DNA of 64,000 nucleotides. It comes from a phage. The position numbers were made by a program, and so were the translations under genes. The stretch lies in sequence record PZ452591.1; one strand, given 5' to 3'. Under the pieces are notes generated by a model, which saw nothing but the letters and a program-made list of their open reading frames with translations, did no database searches and had not been told where the DNA came from. Of this stretch, positions 10,985-21,121 are shown piece by piece; position 1 is the first letter of the stretch, and each line of letters begins with the position of its first letter.

Positions 10985-12403
10985 TTATGGATAGGTATAG
11001 ATGATACCAGTTTCTAAAGCAGTTTTATGAATGATGTATCCATTACGTGATTCTTGGACATCAACTTCTGGATAATCTTTCATCATCTTCTGAAGAGTGT
11101 AACGATGCAGGTAGTATTTACTATCTGGATCTTCAGTTTTCCAATCTTTACCTTCTTCAGTCATTTTTTGGATTTCATCCATGACCCACCAACCGCACCA
11201 GATGTAAGCTGAGCTACGGTGTGGAAGAGGATGAACATAAGGTAATTCACCTTCTGGTTCTGGAGCAACTTTATCAGTTACCTGAACTTGACCTTCTGCT
11301 GTAATAGTTTTGCTATCATAATCAGTAGCAGTAACAGTTGCAGTAACTTCAATAGTTTGACTTCCAATAGATGAGGTATCAACGGTGTATACATTAGTTG
11401 ACCCTTCTACAGGAGAAGAATCTTTCTTCCATGAATACGCAATTTGTGCTTCTTCTGGAGCATCAGTAACATTAGCAGTAAATGTAGCCGAAGCATCTTG
11501 CTGGACGTTAATAGAAGGAGGAGTCAATGTAACCTGTGGATTCATTGTCTTCTTATTAACCGTTAATGATACTTCATTCGAAGTAACTTCCTTTGCATCA
11601 TAATCTGCCGCAGTTACTTGGGCTACGCATTTAATTCTTTTTACTCCACTTGTAGTTGGAGTATAGCTAAATGTAGAGTTAGTTTCTCCACCAACTTGTG
11701 AATCATCTACATACCACTGATACGTAGCAGACGCTCCAACTGGTTGAGAAGCTAAGGCAGCAGTAAATTGAACTGGGGTTCCAATTACTCCAGCTGAAGG
11801 ACTATCGGGAGTTACTGCCAAAGTAGTTGTCTGTGTCTTTTTATTAACAGTCAGTGACACTTCATTAGAAGTAACGCTTAGTGCATCATAATCTGTTGCG
11901 GTTACTTGAGCCACACACTTAATTGTTTTAACTCCGCTTGTGGTAGGAGTGTAATTGAATGTAGCAGAAGTTGCTTCGACCACAGGAGAACCGTCAACGT
12001 GCCATTGATACGTAGCAGATGCGCCAGGTGGCTGCGAATCTAAGGCAGCGGTAAATTCAACAGCTGTTCCGATTACTCCTTCCGGAGGACTATTAGGAGT
12101 TACAGCTAAGGTAGTCGTTTGTGTCTTATTTTGAACTGTGATAGTTGTAGTAGCTTCTGCTGTTTCAGCATCAGTATCTGGAACTGTATTTGTTGCAACT
12201 ACTTTAATAGTCTTTTGACCGGCAGGTCCTTTTAATACATAATCAAAAGTTGCTTCAGCTCCATCTTGTGGAGCATCATCTACAGTCCAAGCATATGTAA
12301 TAGTTCCGCCTCCAGTTTCACCACTGGGTGTAGCAGTAAACTGCTGAGTTTGATCTATAACTCCAGTAGGTGTTTTAGGAGTTATATCAACTGTAAAAGC
12401 CAT
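10985..12403 (-). CDS. hoc: Head outer capsid protein Hoc, 472 aa, with an extra Ig-like domain
   Basis: N-terminus MAFTVDITPKTPTGVIDQT and C-terminal capsid-binding region PLPHRSSAYIWCGWW match T4 Hoc; contains two adjacent near-identical about 96-aa Ig-like repeats. Confidence 0.9.
   Translation of the reverse strand: MAFTVDITPKTPTGVIDQTQQFTATPSGETGGGTITYAWTVDDAPQDGAEATFDYVLKGPAGQKTIKVVATNTVPDTDAETAEATTTITVQNKTQTTTLAVTPNSPPEGVIGTAVEFTAALDSQPPGASATYQWHVDGSPVVEATSATFNYTPTTSGVKTIKCVAQVTATDYDALSVTSNEVSLTVNKKTQTTTLAVTPDSPSAGVIGTPVQFTAALASQPVGASATYQWYVDDSQVGGETNSTFSYTPTTSGVKRIKCVAQVTAADYDAKEVTSNEVSLTVNKKTMNPQVTLTPPSINVQQDASATFTANVTDAPEEAQIAYSWKKDSSPVEGSTNVYTVDTSSIGSQTIEVTATVTATDYDSKTITAEGQVQVTDKVAPEPEGELPYVHPLPHRSSAYIWCGWWVMDEIQKMTEEGKDWKTEDPDSKYYLHRYTLQKMMKDYPEVDVQESRNGYIIHKTALETGIIYTYP
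11553..12128 (-). repeat. Tandem direct duplication (2 x 288 bp) inside hoc encoding two Ig-like domains
   Basis: DNA motif ttattaac recurs at 11553 and 11841 (offset 288 bp) with long stretches of identity; protein repeats KTQTTTLAVTP...SNEVSLTVNKKT about 80 percent identical. Confidence 0.8.
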
Positions 12404-12412
12404 AAGTTATCC

Positions 12413-13093
12413 TTATTTTAATGTTACGAAAGAAGAGTTGCGTGTTTCACGAATTAAAACTGATCCATCACGATTAATGTAATAAATTAAGCTAAATAAA
12501 GTTTGGTGTGCTGACGCATGTTCAAAACTTGTTGGATGAGATTTCCAATCCGGAGTTTCAGCTATCCATTGATAAATCCACCAAGGAACAGTGCAGAATC
12601 CTGGATTTTTTCCAATCAGTTGAAGATTCGGACTAAAGTTTTCCGGAAGAGTAAATACAGACGGCTTTTCAGATTCAATAATCTCAGCTACAGCCTGTTC
12701 GAATTTTTCTTCAACAAAAGGAGTATCTTCAATCAAAACATCGGTATTTTCAGGAATTTTATCCGTTTCTACTACTTCAATTTTAATGTCAGATTTAACC
12801 GGAGAATCAATCAGAAGTGCTGCTTCTGGATTGACTTCTTCATCGTCATATTTTAATCCCTCTGCGGCATCAGCAGCATCAATTAAGTCTTTAATAGATA
12901 ACCCATCAGTCTCTGGCATAGGTTCACTAGCGAGCTTCTGGAGGGCTTCTTCAATATCAACAACGATATTATCAAAAGATTTATTCTTTTTGACCTTTAT
13001 ACCAAACTGTTCAGCATATTCAGCTAATTTAGCTTTAGCTTCTTTGTTATCATCAAGAGCCTTCAGCTCTGCAATATAATCTTTATCTATCAT
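12413..13093 (-). CDS. inh: Inh, inhibitor of prohead protease (226 aa)
   Basis: Size and position downstream of hoc as in T4; acidic protein. Confidence 0.8.
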   Translation of the reverse strand: MIDKDYIAELKALDDNKEAKAKLAEYAEQFGIKVKKNKSFDNIVVDIEEALQKLASEPMPETDGLSIKDLIDAADAAEGLKYDDEEVNPEAALLIDSPVKSDIKIEVVETDKIPENTDVLIEDTPFVEEKFEQAVAEIIESEKPSVFTLPENFSPNLQLIGKNPGFCTVPWWIYQWIAETPDWKSHPTSFEHASAHQTLFSLIYYINRDGSVLIRETRNSSFVTLK

Positions 13094-13106
13094 AATATTT
13101 CCTCAG

Positions 13107-13114
13107 TATAAATA
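13107..13114 (+). promoter_or_regulatory. T4-type late promoter TATAAATA (uvsW)
   Basis: Exact motif about 30 bp upstream of uvsW. Confidence 0.65.
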
Positions 13115-13143
13115 TAGATATATTTATTACATGGTATTTAGAC

Positions 13144-14655
13144 ATGACTGACATTAAAGTACATTTTTATGATTTTAGTCACGTGAGAATTGATTGTGAA
13201 GAAAGTACATTTCATGAACTCCGTGATTTCTTTAGCTTTGAAGCTGATGGGTATCGTTTTAATCCGAAATACAAATATGGCCACTGGGATGGACGAATCC
13301 GTCTATTAGATTATAATCGTCTTCTTCCATTCGGTTTAGTCGGGCAAATTAAAAAGTTCTGTGATAACTTTGGCTATAAAGCCTGGATTGACCCTCAAAT
13401 TAACGAAAAAGAAGAATTATCAAGAAAAGATTTTGATGAATGGCTTTCTAAATTAGAAATCTATTCAGGAAATAAAAGAATTGAACCACACTGGTATCAA
13501 AAAGATGCAGTGTTCGAAGGATTAGTTAATCGTCGTAGAATTCTTAATCTTCCAACATCCGCTGGTAAATCTTTAATTCAAGCTTTGCTTGCGCGATATT
13601 ATTTGGAAAATTATGAAGGTAAAATTCTTATCATTGTTCCAACAACTGCCTTAACAACTCAGATGGCTGATGACTTCGTTGACTATCGTTTATTCAGTCA
13701 TGCAATGATAAAGAAAATTGGTGGCGGAGCATCAAAAGATGATAAATATAAAAATGATGCACCAGTCGTTGTTGGTACATGGCAAACTGTAGTAAAACAA
13801 CCGAAAGAATGGTTCTCACAGTTTGGAATGATGATGAATGATGAATGCCATCTTGCTACAGGAAAAAGTATTTCATCTATCATATCAGGTTTAAATAACT
13901 GCATGTTCAAATTCGGTTTGTCTGGTTCATTACGTGATGGCAAAGCCAATATCATGCAGTATGTTGGAATGTTTGGTGAAATATTTAAGCCAGTAACGAC
14001 TTCTAAATTAATGGAAGATGGACAAGTAACTGAGCTAAAAATTAATAGTATTTTTCTTCGCTATCCCGATGAGTTCACTACTAAATTAAAGGGAAAAACT
14101 TATCAAGAAGAAATAAAAATTATTACTGGGCTTAGTAAAAGAAATAAATGGATCGCTAAATTAGCTATTAAGCTTGCGCAAAAAGATGAAAACGCTTTTG
14201 TCATGTTTAAACATGTATCGCACGGTAAAGCTATTTTCGATTTAATTAAAAATGAATACGATAAAGTTTATTACGTATCAGGGGAAGTTGATACCGAAAC
14301 CCGCAATATAATGAAAACCTTAGCTGAAAATGGTAAAGGAATAATTATAGTAGCTAGTTATGGTGTATTTTCTACTGGTATTTCAGTTAAAAATCTGCAT
14401 CACGTTGTTTTAGCGCACGGTGTTAAATCAAAAATCATTGTATTACAAGCAATCGGTCGTGTATTACGTAAGCATGGTTCTAAAACAATCGCAACAGTCT
14501 GGGACCTCATAGATGACGCAGGCGTCAAGCCAAAATCTGCTAATACGAAAAAGAAATATGTTCATTTGAACTATCTTTTAAAACACGGCATTGATCGTAT
14601 TCAGCGCTACGCAGATGAAAAATTTAATTACGTAATGAAAACAGTTAATTTATAA
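13144..14655 (+). CDS. uvsW: UvsW DNA/RNA helicase (503 aa)
   Basis: SF2 helicase; Walker A in LNLPTSAGKS, DExH-like MMNDECH; matches T4 UvsW; late promoter upstream. Confidence 0.93.
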   Translation: MTDIKVHFYDFSHVRIDCEESTFHELRDFFSFEADGYRFNPKYKYGHWDGRIRLLDYNRLLPFGLVGQIKKFCDNFGYKAWIDPQINEKEELSRKDFDEWLSKLEIYSGNKRIEPHWYQKDAVFEGLVNRRRILNLPTSAGKSLIQALLARYYLENYEGKILIIVPTTALTTQMADDFVDYRLFSHAMIKKIGGGASKDDKYKNDAPVVVGTWQTVVKQPKEWFSQFGMMMNDECHLATGKSISSIISGLNNCMFKFGLSGSLRDGKANIMQYVGMFGEIFKPVTTSKLMEDGQVTELKINSIFLRYPDEFTTKLKGKTYQEEIKIITGLSKRNKWIAKLAIKLAQKDENAFVMFKHVSHGKAIFDLIKNEYDKVYYVSGEVDTETRNIMKTLAENGKGIIIVASYGVFSTGISVKNLHHVVLAHGVKSKIIVLQAIGRVLRKHGSKTIATVWDLIDDAGVKPKSANTKKKYVHLNYLLKHGIDRIQRYADEKFNYVMKTVNL

Positions 14656-14667
14656 GGGCTTCGGCCC
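14656..14667 (+). other. Short GC hairpin between uvsW and uvsW.1
   Basis: GGGC-TTCG-GCCC immediately before uvsW.1 SD. Confidence 0.45.
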
Positions 14668-14680
14668 TTTGGAGAAAAAG

Positions 14681-14911
14681 ATGTTACTAGAATTTAAACA
14701 ATTTCTTTATGAAGCTTCTATTGATGAATTTATGGGTAAAATTGCCTCTTGTCAAACATTAGAAGGTTTAGAAGAACTTGAAGCTTATTATAAGAAAAGA
14801 GTCAAAGAAACTGAATTAAAAGATACTGATGACATCTCTGTGAGAGATGCTTTGGCAGGAAAAAGAGCTGAATTAGAAGATTCAGATGATGAAGTAGAAG
14901 AAAGCTTTTAA
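14681..14911 (+). CDS. uvsW.1: UvsW.1 (76 aa)
   Basis: ORF-track start is TTG; first ATG at 14681 preceded by GGAG with 6-nt spacer; 76 aa as in T4. Confidence 0.8.
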   Translation: MLLEFKQFLYEASIDEFMGKIASCQTLEGLEELEAYYKKRVKETELKDTDDISVRDALAGKRAELEDSDDEVEESF

Positions 14912-14957
14912 ATTAAAAAAGGCCCAACCAAAAAGGAAGGGCCAAAACTATAGACTA

Positions 14958-15134
14958 AAGGTCACACTATAGCAAAAGTTGTGTTTCATTTAATTGTTCT
15001 TCCGAACTTTCTGAAACTGGTAGTTCTTTAATGTAATTATAGCAAGGCCCAGGATGTACAGGACCTTTGTCTGTTTCAACAACCAATGCAGAATCGATTG
15101 GAGTTTTACAGACAACACAAATCTTATCTGACAT
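14958..15134 (-). CDS. Small Cys-containing protein, 58 aa (positional equivalent of T4 uvsY.-2), below ORF-track size cutoff
   Basis: ORF MSDKICVVCKTPIDSALVVETDKGPVHPGPCYNY... found by manual translation; preceded by strong SD GAGGAG; CxxC...C pattern. Confidence 0.6.
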
Positions 15135-15162
15135 GATTGTCTCCTCTGAATTATATATCTAT

Positions 15163-15387
15163 TTATACAACTCTCATATGCATATCAATGCCCATATCTT
15201 TAGAATAAAAATATTCATCAAGATATCCGGCAAATTTTCCTTTAATATAAAGGACATCTTCACCACACGGGTGGTCGGCCAGGATACGAATATCCTGACG
15301 CTTAAGATTATGCTTTTTCATTAAGAATTGAATTTCCGTTTCAAATTCTTCTTCATAATTAAAAGCATCATCAATGCTATATCTCAT
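15163..15387 (-). CDS. Hypothetical protein (positional equivalent of T4 uvsY.-1), 74 aa
   Basis: ATG start directly abutting uvsY stop; synteny. Confidence 0.75.
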   Translation of the reverse strand: MRYSIDDAFNYEEEFETEIQFLMKKHNLKRQDIRILADHPCGEDVLYIKGKFAGYLDEYFYSKDMGIDMHMRVV

Positions 15388-15800
15388 TATTTTCCAGCCT
15401 CAAATGCCCGCATGTCTTGAATATGCTTAATAGCAAATCCACGTGATTTAATAGCATCAAGAGCTCCGCTACAGAAATCTAATAAAATCCCCCAATACTG
15501 TAACGAGGTATCAACCTTTAAAACATCCTTATCAGCTGATAGAACTGTCTTCATTTCTGATTTCTCGTAACGATCCATACTAAATTCATCACCATCTCCT
15601 CGTCCCGAGTAGTAGTCTAATCTAGCTTTAAGAGCAACTTTTTTCTGTGCGTCAATTCTAAGCATTTCCTTTTTAATACTTGAATGCTTATTAAGCCATT
15701 TACTATATAACATCACATTATTAGCTGCTTCATACTGTAATTTAGTCGAATCTATAAACACATCTTTCTTCAATTCTTCTTGAAGATCTTCTAATCTCAT
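15387..15800 (-). CDS. uvsY: UvsY recombination mediator (137 aa)
   Basis: Sequence MRLEDLQEELKKDVFIDSTKLQYEAANN matches T4 UvsY, 137 aa; MotA-type middle promoter upstream. Confidence 0.95.
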   Translation of the reverse strand: MRLEDLQEELKKDVFIDSTKLQYEAANNVMLYSKWLNKHSSIKKEMLRIDAQKKVALKARLDYYSGRGDGDEFSMDRYEKSEMKTVLSADKDVLKVDTSLQYWGILLDFCSGALDAIKSRGFAIKHIQDMRAFEAGK

Positions 15801-15840
15801 ATTGTTCTCTATTCAATTGTTATTGGATGGACTTAGATTC

Positions 15841-15868
15841 ATTATACCACGTTTTAACGTGAAGCATT
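15841..15868 (-). promoter_or_regulatory. MotA-dependent middle promoter upstream of uvsY
   Basis: Minus strand reads ATGCTTCA (MotA box) - 13 bp - TATAAT about 40 bp upstream of uvsY. Confidence 0.65.
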
Positions 15869-16265
15869 ATACTCTATTACTAGAAGCCAGTTGCAGTTTT
15901 ATCTGCTCAATATCATCGGGGTTATCGATGACCGAAAAGCGTATTTCTACTATCAGAGTATAATCATCATAAACGGGTATCACATTAACTGCTAATTTAT
16001 CAATACGTGGCTCATAGTTTCTTACTGCGCTTTCGATATTACGCTCAACTGTGTCAGCAGTAAGAGGAGTCATATTTTCAAAAAGCTGGTCGGACAAATC
16101 GCATCCAAATTCAGGGTCAAACGGTCTTGAACCTTTTCTTGTTGTAATAATTCCCAAAAGACTGTTTTTAATTGACCTTAATCCAAGCGATCTGGAAACG
16201 TCTTTGTTCCAATCCATTTTCATTTCTGGGTCAATGTCAGAATAAAGCTTATTAATATTTGCCAT
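15867..16265 (-). CDS. 25: Baseplate wedge protein gp25 (132 aa)
   Basis: Matches T4 gp25 length and sequence. Confidence 0.93.
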   Translation of the reverse strand: MANINKLYSDIDPEMKMDWNKDVSRSLGLRSIKNSLLGIITTRKGSRPFDPEFGCDLSDQLFENMTPLTADTVERNIESAVRNYEPRIDKLAVNVIPVYDDYTLIVEIRFSVIDNPDDIEQIKLQLASSNRV

Positions 16266-16891
16266 TACAGTAACTCAAAGAACTCTTTGAGGCCTCTTAT
16301 TACATGAGCATGGGTTTTTCCACACTCTGGACACTTAATTGGAACAGCCAAATAAACGGTAGGCTTTAAAAGCATATCTTTTATAGCTACAATATCTGAC
16401 TCTGTGATGATAGAATATAAATCTTCTAGTTCCTTTTCATTTAAGTCTTCAACTGGAATACTTTCACCGTTAGCATGAATCGTTTCTATGCATGATACTA
16501 TCATGTGGGCTATATTTTTATCATCAAAAATTTTAGGGTATCGGAATTTAATTTTAATGTCACCCAGTGTATACCAGAGGTCTTCTGGTGCATCTATTTG
16601 TGCATGTAATAGATTTATATGGGTTGGTATTTCAGTTCCACAGGTGCACTTCCAGGAGTTTTCGTGATTAACTTCTCCAAGAGAATGTGCCCATAAATGA
16701 ATCAACAATAGTTCTGATTCTTGGCGGTTTAAATCTTTTGCATTTGTGCAGTCTTTGATTAGCTTTTTAACAATTACTTCTACAGAACCATTATTTTTGG
16801 CAGTAATAAGTTCTAGATATTCTTTAAGAGTAAATGCGCGACAATTGATTATTTTAGAACCAACTCTCACATCAAATTTGTATTCATACAT
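16265..16891 (-). CDS. 26: Baseplate hub protein gp26 (208 aa)
   Basis: 208 aa, Cys-rich, divergent from gene 51 as in T4. Confidence 0.9.
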   Translation of the reverse strand: MYEYKFDVRVGSKIINCRAFTLKEYLELITAKNNGSVEVIVKKLIKDCTNAKDLNRQESELLLIHLWAHSLGEVNHENSWKCTCGTEIPTHINLLHAQIDAPEDLWYTLGDIKIKFRYPKIFDDKNIAHMIVSCIETIHANGESIPVEDLNEKELEDLYSIITESDIVAIKDMLLKPTVYLAVPIKCPECGKTHAHVIRGLKEFFELL

Positions 16892-16912
16892 ATTTAGCTC
16901 CTTTATTTATCA

Positions 16913-16924
16913 TATTTATAAATA
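16913..16924. promoter_or_regulatory. Overlapping divergent late promoters (palindromic TATTTATAAATA) for genes 26 and 51
   Basis: TATAAATA readable on both strands in the 50-bp gap between divergent late genes. Confidence 0.65.
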
Positions 16925-16941
16925 GAATAAAAGGAGCATCT

Positions 16942-17691
16942 ATGGCAAACATTATTCGTTGTAAATTACCAGATGGTGTTCATCGTTTTAAACCATTTAC
17001 GGTAGAAGATTATCGAGATTTTTTGTTAGTTCGAAACGATATAGAACATCGGTCACCACAAGAACAAAAAGAAATAATTACTGATTTAATTGATGATTAT
17101 TTTGGAGACTATCCGAAGACTTGGCAACCATTTATATTTTTGCAGGTATTTGTAGGGTCAATAGGTAAAACTAAAGTACCGGTCACATTTGTATGTCCAA
17201 AATGTAAAAAAGAAAAGACAGTTCCGTTTGAAATATATCAAAAAGAATTAAAGGAACCTGTTTTTGATGTAGCTAATGTTAAAATTAAATTAAAGTTTCC
17301 TTCTGAGTTTTATGAAAATAAAGCAAAGATGATTACTGAAAATATTCATTCCGTACAAGTAGATGAAATTTGGTATGATTGGAAGGAAATTAGCGAGTCC
17401 AGTCAAATAGAACTTGTTGATGCCATCGAGATAGAAACATTAGAAAAAATTCTCGATGCAATGAATCCTATTAATTTAACTCTACATATGTCATGCTGTA
17501 ATAAGTACATTAAAAAATACACTGATATAGTAGACGTGTTTAAGCTATTAGTTAACCCAGATGAGATATTTACTTTTTATCAAATTAATCACACACTCGT
17601 AAAAAGTAATTATAGCTTAAATTCAATAATGAAAATGATTCCTGCTGAACGTGGATTCGTATTAAAACTGATTGAGAAGGATAAACAATAA
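16942..17691 (+). CDS. 51: Baseplate hub assembly catalyst gp51 (249 aa)
   Basis: 249 aa, CPKCKK zinc-binding motif, position. Confidence 0.9.
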   Translation: MANIIRCKLPDGVHRFKPFTVEDYRDFLLVRNDIEHRSPQEQKEIITDLIDDYFGDYPKTWQPFIFLQVFVGSIGKTKVPVTFVCPKCKKEKTVPFEIYQKELKEPVFDVANVKIKLKFPSEFYENKAKMITENIHSVQVDEIWYDWKEISESSQIELVDAIEIETLEKILDAMNPINLTLHMSCCNKYIKKYTDIVDVFKLLVNPDEIFTFYQINHTLVKSNYSLNSIMKMIPAERGFVLKLIEKDKQ

Positions 17692-18866
17692 TGAGTATGT
17701 TGCAACGCCCCGGATATCCAAATCTCAGCGTTAAATTATTTGAGAGTTACGATGCTTGGAGTAATAATAGATTTGTTGAATTAGCTGCTACTATTACTAC
17801 ATTAACTATGCGTGATTCTCTTTATGGTCGAAATGAAGGAATGCTACAATTTTATGATTCTAAAAACATCCATACAAAAATGGATGGAAATGAAATAATT
17901 CAGATTTCTGTAGCTAATGCAAACGATATTAATAATGTTAAAACACGAATTTATGGATGCAAGCATTTTTCCGTGTCAGTGGATTCAAAAGGTGATAACA
18001 TTATTGCTATTGAATTAGGAACTATTCATTCTATAGAAAACCTTAAATTCGGTAGACCGTTTTTCCCTGATGCAGGTGAATCTATAAAGGAAATGCTTGG
18101 TGTCATTTATCAAGATCGCACATTATTAACTCCAGCAATAAATGCAATAAATGCTTATGTTCCTGATATTCCATGGACTAGTACATTTGAAAACTATTTG
18201 TCATATGTAAGAGAAGTTGCTCTAGCTGTAGGAAGTGACAAATTTGTATTTGTATGGCAAGACATCATGGGAGTTAACATGATGGACTATGATATGATGA
18301 TAAATCAAGAACCATATCCAATGATTGTCGGTGAGCCAACTTTAATAGGTCAATTTGTCCAAGAATTAAAATATCCATTAGCATATGATTTTGTTTGGTT
18401 GACTAAATCGAATCCTCATAAACGTGACCCAATGAAAAACGCTACTATCTATGCTCATTCATTTTTAGATTCTTCATTGCCAATGATTACTACAGGAAAG
18501 GGCGAAAACTCTATTGTAGTGTCAAGGTCAGGTGCTTATTCTGAAATGACTTATAGGAATGGATATGAAGAAGCTATTCGTCTTCAAACTATGGCACAAT
18601 ATGACGGTTATGCTAAATGTTCTACTGTCGGTAATTTTAACTTGACTCCTGGTGTTAAAATTATTTTTAATGATAGTAAAAACCAATTTAAAACAGAATT
18701 TTACGTTGATGAAGTTATCCATGAATTATCCAATAATAATTCAGTAACTCATTTATATATGTTCACTAATGCAACGAAACTGGAAACAATAGACCCAGTT
18801 AAGGTTAAAAATGAATTTAAATCTGATACTACCACTGAAGAAAGTAGTTCTTCCAATAAGCAATAA
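17691..18866 (+). CDS. 27: Baseplate hub protein gp27 (391 aa)
   Basis: 391 aa as T4 gp27; ATGA overlap with gene 51. Confidence 0.93.
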   Translation: MSMLQRPGYPNLSVKLFESYDAWSNNRFVELAATITTLTMRDSLYGRNEGMLQFYDSKNIHTKMDGNEIIQISVANANDINNVKTRIYGCKHFSVSVDSKGDNIIAIELGTIHSIENLKFGRPFFPDAGESIKEMLGVIYQDRTLLTPAINAINAYVPDIPWTSTFENYLSYVREVALAVGSDKFVFVWQDIMGVNMMDYDMMINQEPYPMIVGEPTLIGQFVQELKYPLAYDFVWLTKSNPHKRDPMKNATIYAHSFLDSSLPMITTGKGENSIVVSRSGAYSEMTYRNGYEEAIRLQTMAQYDGYAKCSTVGNFNLTPGVKIIFNDSKNQFKTEFYVDEVIHELSNNNSVTHLYMFTNATKLETIDPVKVKNEFKSDTTTEESSSSNKQ

Positions 18867-19344
18867 AGAAGTTTCTATTCCTAAAATGGGTCTTAAACAT
18901 TATAACATTTTAAAAGATGTTAAAGGTCCTGATGAAAATTTAAAACTTCTTATTGATTCTATTTGTCCGAATTTGTCACCAGCAGAAGTTGATTTCGTTT
19001 CTATTCATTTATTGGAATTTAATGGAAAGATTAAATCTCGTAAAGAAATAGATGGCTATACTTATGACATTAATGATGTTTATGTATGCCAAAGATTAGA
19101 ATTTCAATACCAAGGAAATACATTTTATTTTAGACCTCCTGGAAAATTTGAACAATTTTTAACGGTGAGCGATATGTTATCTAAATGCTTACTTAAGGTC
19201 AACGATGAAGTTAAAGAAATTAATTTTCTTGAGATGCCAGCATTCGTTTTAAAATGGGCAAATGATATTTTTACAACTTTAGCAATTCCTGGCCCTAATG
19301 GTCCAATAACTGGAATTGGCAATATTATTGGATTATTTGAATGA
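18811..19344 (+). CDS. 28: Baseplate hub distal protein gp28 (177 aa)
   Basis: 177 aa, overlaps 3' end of gene 27 as in T4. Confidence 0.88.
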   Translation: MNLNLILPLKKVVLPISNKEVSIPKMGLKHYNILKDVKGPDENLKLLIDSICPNLSPAEVDFVSIHLLEFNGKIKSRKEIDGYTYDINDVYVCQRLEFQYQGNTFYFRPPGKFEQFLTVSDMLSKCLLKVNDEVKEINFLEMPAFVLKWANDIFTTLAIPGPNGPITGIGNIIGLFE

Positions 19345-21113
19345 AAAAGCCACAAGAAATGCAAACGATGCGTAGAAAAGTTATTTCAGATAATAAACCA
19401 ACACAGGAAGCGGCTAAATCCGCTTCTAACACTTTATCTGGACTTAATGATATATCTACGAAATTGGATGATGCTCAAGCTGCTTCTGAATTAATAGCTC
19501 AAACTGTCGAAGAAAAATCGAATGAAATAGTTGGAGCAATTGGTAACGTAGAAAGCGCAGTGAGTGATACTACTGCCGGTTCTGAGTTAATTGCTGAAAC
19601 TGTCGAAATTGGCAACAATATTAATAAAGAAATCGGTGAATCACTCGGAAGCAAATTAGATAAATTAACAAGTTTACTAGAGCAAAAAATTCAGACAGCT
19701 GGAATTCAACAGACTGGGACTAGTTTAGCCACAGTTGAAAGCGCTATTCCTGTTAAAGTCGTTGAGGATGATACTGCTGAATCTGTGGGTCCTTTATTAC
19801 CGGCTCCTGAAGCAGTTAATAATGATCCTGACGCTGATTTTTTCCCTACCCCTCAACCAGTTGAGCCAAAGCAAGAATCACCAGAAGAAAAACAGAAAAA
19901 AGAAGCATTTAACTTAAAATTATCTCAAGCTTTAGATAAATTAACAAAGACAGTTGATTTTGGATTTAAGAAATCCATTTCAATTACTGATAAAATATCA
20001 AGCATGCTATTTAAGTATACCGTCAGCGCTGCTATTGAAGCCGCTAAAATGACTGCAATGATATTGGCTGTTGTTGTTGGAATAGACCTGTTGATGGTTC
20101 ATTTTAAATACTGGTCAGATAAATTTTCAAAAGCCTGGGATTTATTTAATACTGACTTTACTAAATTCTCTAGCGAAACCGGAACATGGGGTCCTTTATT
20201 ACAGAGCATCTTTAGTTCTATTGATGAAATTAAAAAGTTCTGGGAAGCGGGAGATTGGGGTGGATTGACAGTAGCCATTGTTGAAGGGCTTGGAAAGGTT
20301 CTTTATAATTTAGGAGAACTTATTCAATTAGGTATGGCTAAATTATCTGCAGCAATTCTTCGAGTCATTCCTGGTATGAAGGATACTGCTGATGAAGTAG
20401 AAGGAAGAGCATTAGAAAATTTCCAAAATTCTACTGGAGCATCTCTCAATAAAGAAGACCAGGAAAAAGTTGCAAATTATCAAGATAAACGAATGAATGG
20501 AGACCTTGGTCCGATAGCAAAAGGATTAGATAAAATTGCTAATTGGAAAACTCGTGCATCTAATTGGATTCGTGGGGTTGATAATAAAGAAGCACTAACT
20601 ACCGACGAAGAACGTGCAGCAGAAGAAGAAAAATTAAAGCAACTTTCACCTGAAGAAAGAAAAAATGCTTTAATGAAGGCTAATGAAGCCCGTGCCGCGA
20701 TGATTCGTTTTGAAAAATATGCCGATTCAGCTGATATGAGGAAAGACTCAACGGTTAAATCAGTTGAAGCTGCCTATGAAGACCTTAAAAAACGGATGGA
20801 TGACCCGGATTTAAATAATTCACCGGCAGTTAAAAAAGAACTTGCTGCTAGATTTTCTAAAATTGATGCTACTTATCAAGAGCTCAAGAAAAATCAGCCT
20901 AATGCCAAACCTGAAACTTCTGCTAAATCACCAGAAGCGAAACAAGTCCAGGTAATAGAAAAGAACAAAGCACAACAAGCTCCTGTTCAACAAGTATCTC
21001 CTTCAATCAATAATACTAATAATGTTATTAAGAAAAATACTGTCGTTCATAATATGACACCTGTCACAAGCACAACTGCTCCTGGTGTATTTGGTGCGAC
21101 TGGAGTTAATTAA
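19341..21113 (+). CDS. 29: Baseplate hub / tail length determinator gp29 (590 aa)
   Basis: 590 aa, alpha-helical with hydrophobic central segment; position. Confidence 0.92.
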   Translation: MKKPQEMQTMRRKVISDNKPTQEAAKSASNTLSGLNDISTKLDDAQAASELIAQTVEEKSNEIVGAIGNVESAVSDTTAGSELIAETVEIGNNINKEIGESLGSKLDKLTSLLEQKIQTAGIQQTGTSLATVESAIPVKVVEDDTAESVGPLLPAPEAVNNDPDADFFPTPQPVEPKQESPEEKQKKEAFNLKLSQALDKLTKTVDFGFKKSISITDKISSMLFKYTVSAAIEAAKMTAMILAVVVGIDLLMVHFKYWSDKFSKAWDLFNTDFTKFSSETGTWGPLLQSIFSSIDEIKKFWEAGDWGGLTVAIVEGLGKVLYNLGELIQLGMAKLSAAILRVIPGMKDTADEVEGRALENFQNSTGASLNKEDQEKVANYQDKRMNGDLGPIAKGLDKIANWKTRASNWIRGVDNKEALTTDEERAAEEEKLKQLSPEERKNALMKANEARAAMIRFEKYADSADMRKDSTVKSVEAAYEDLKKRMDDPDLNNSPAVKKELAARFSKIDATYQELKKNQPNAKPETSAKSPEAKQVQVIEKNKAQQAPVQQVSPSINNTNNVIKKNTVVHNMTPVTSTTAPGVFGATGVN

Positions 21114-21121
21114 GGAATAAT

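Noticed and set aside
12518-13079. Two plus-strand ORFs (112 and 97 aa) antisense to inh
   Set aside because: Overlap a syntenic, ATG-initiated gene on the opposite strand; low-complexity translations
15067-15324. 85-aa plus-strand ORF overlapping uvsY.-1 and the 58-aa minus-strand ORF
   Set aside because: Minus-strand genes here have SD-ATG starts and synteny support; plus-strand ORF has neither
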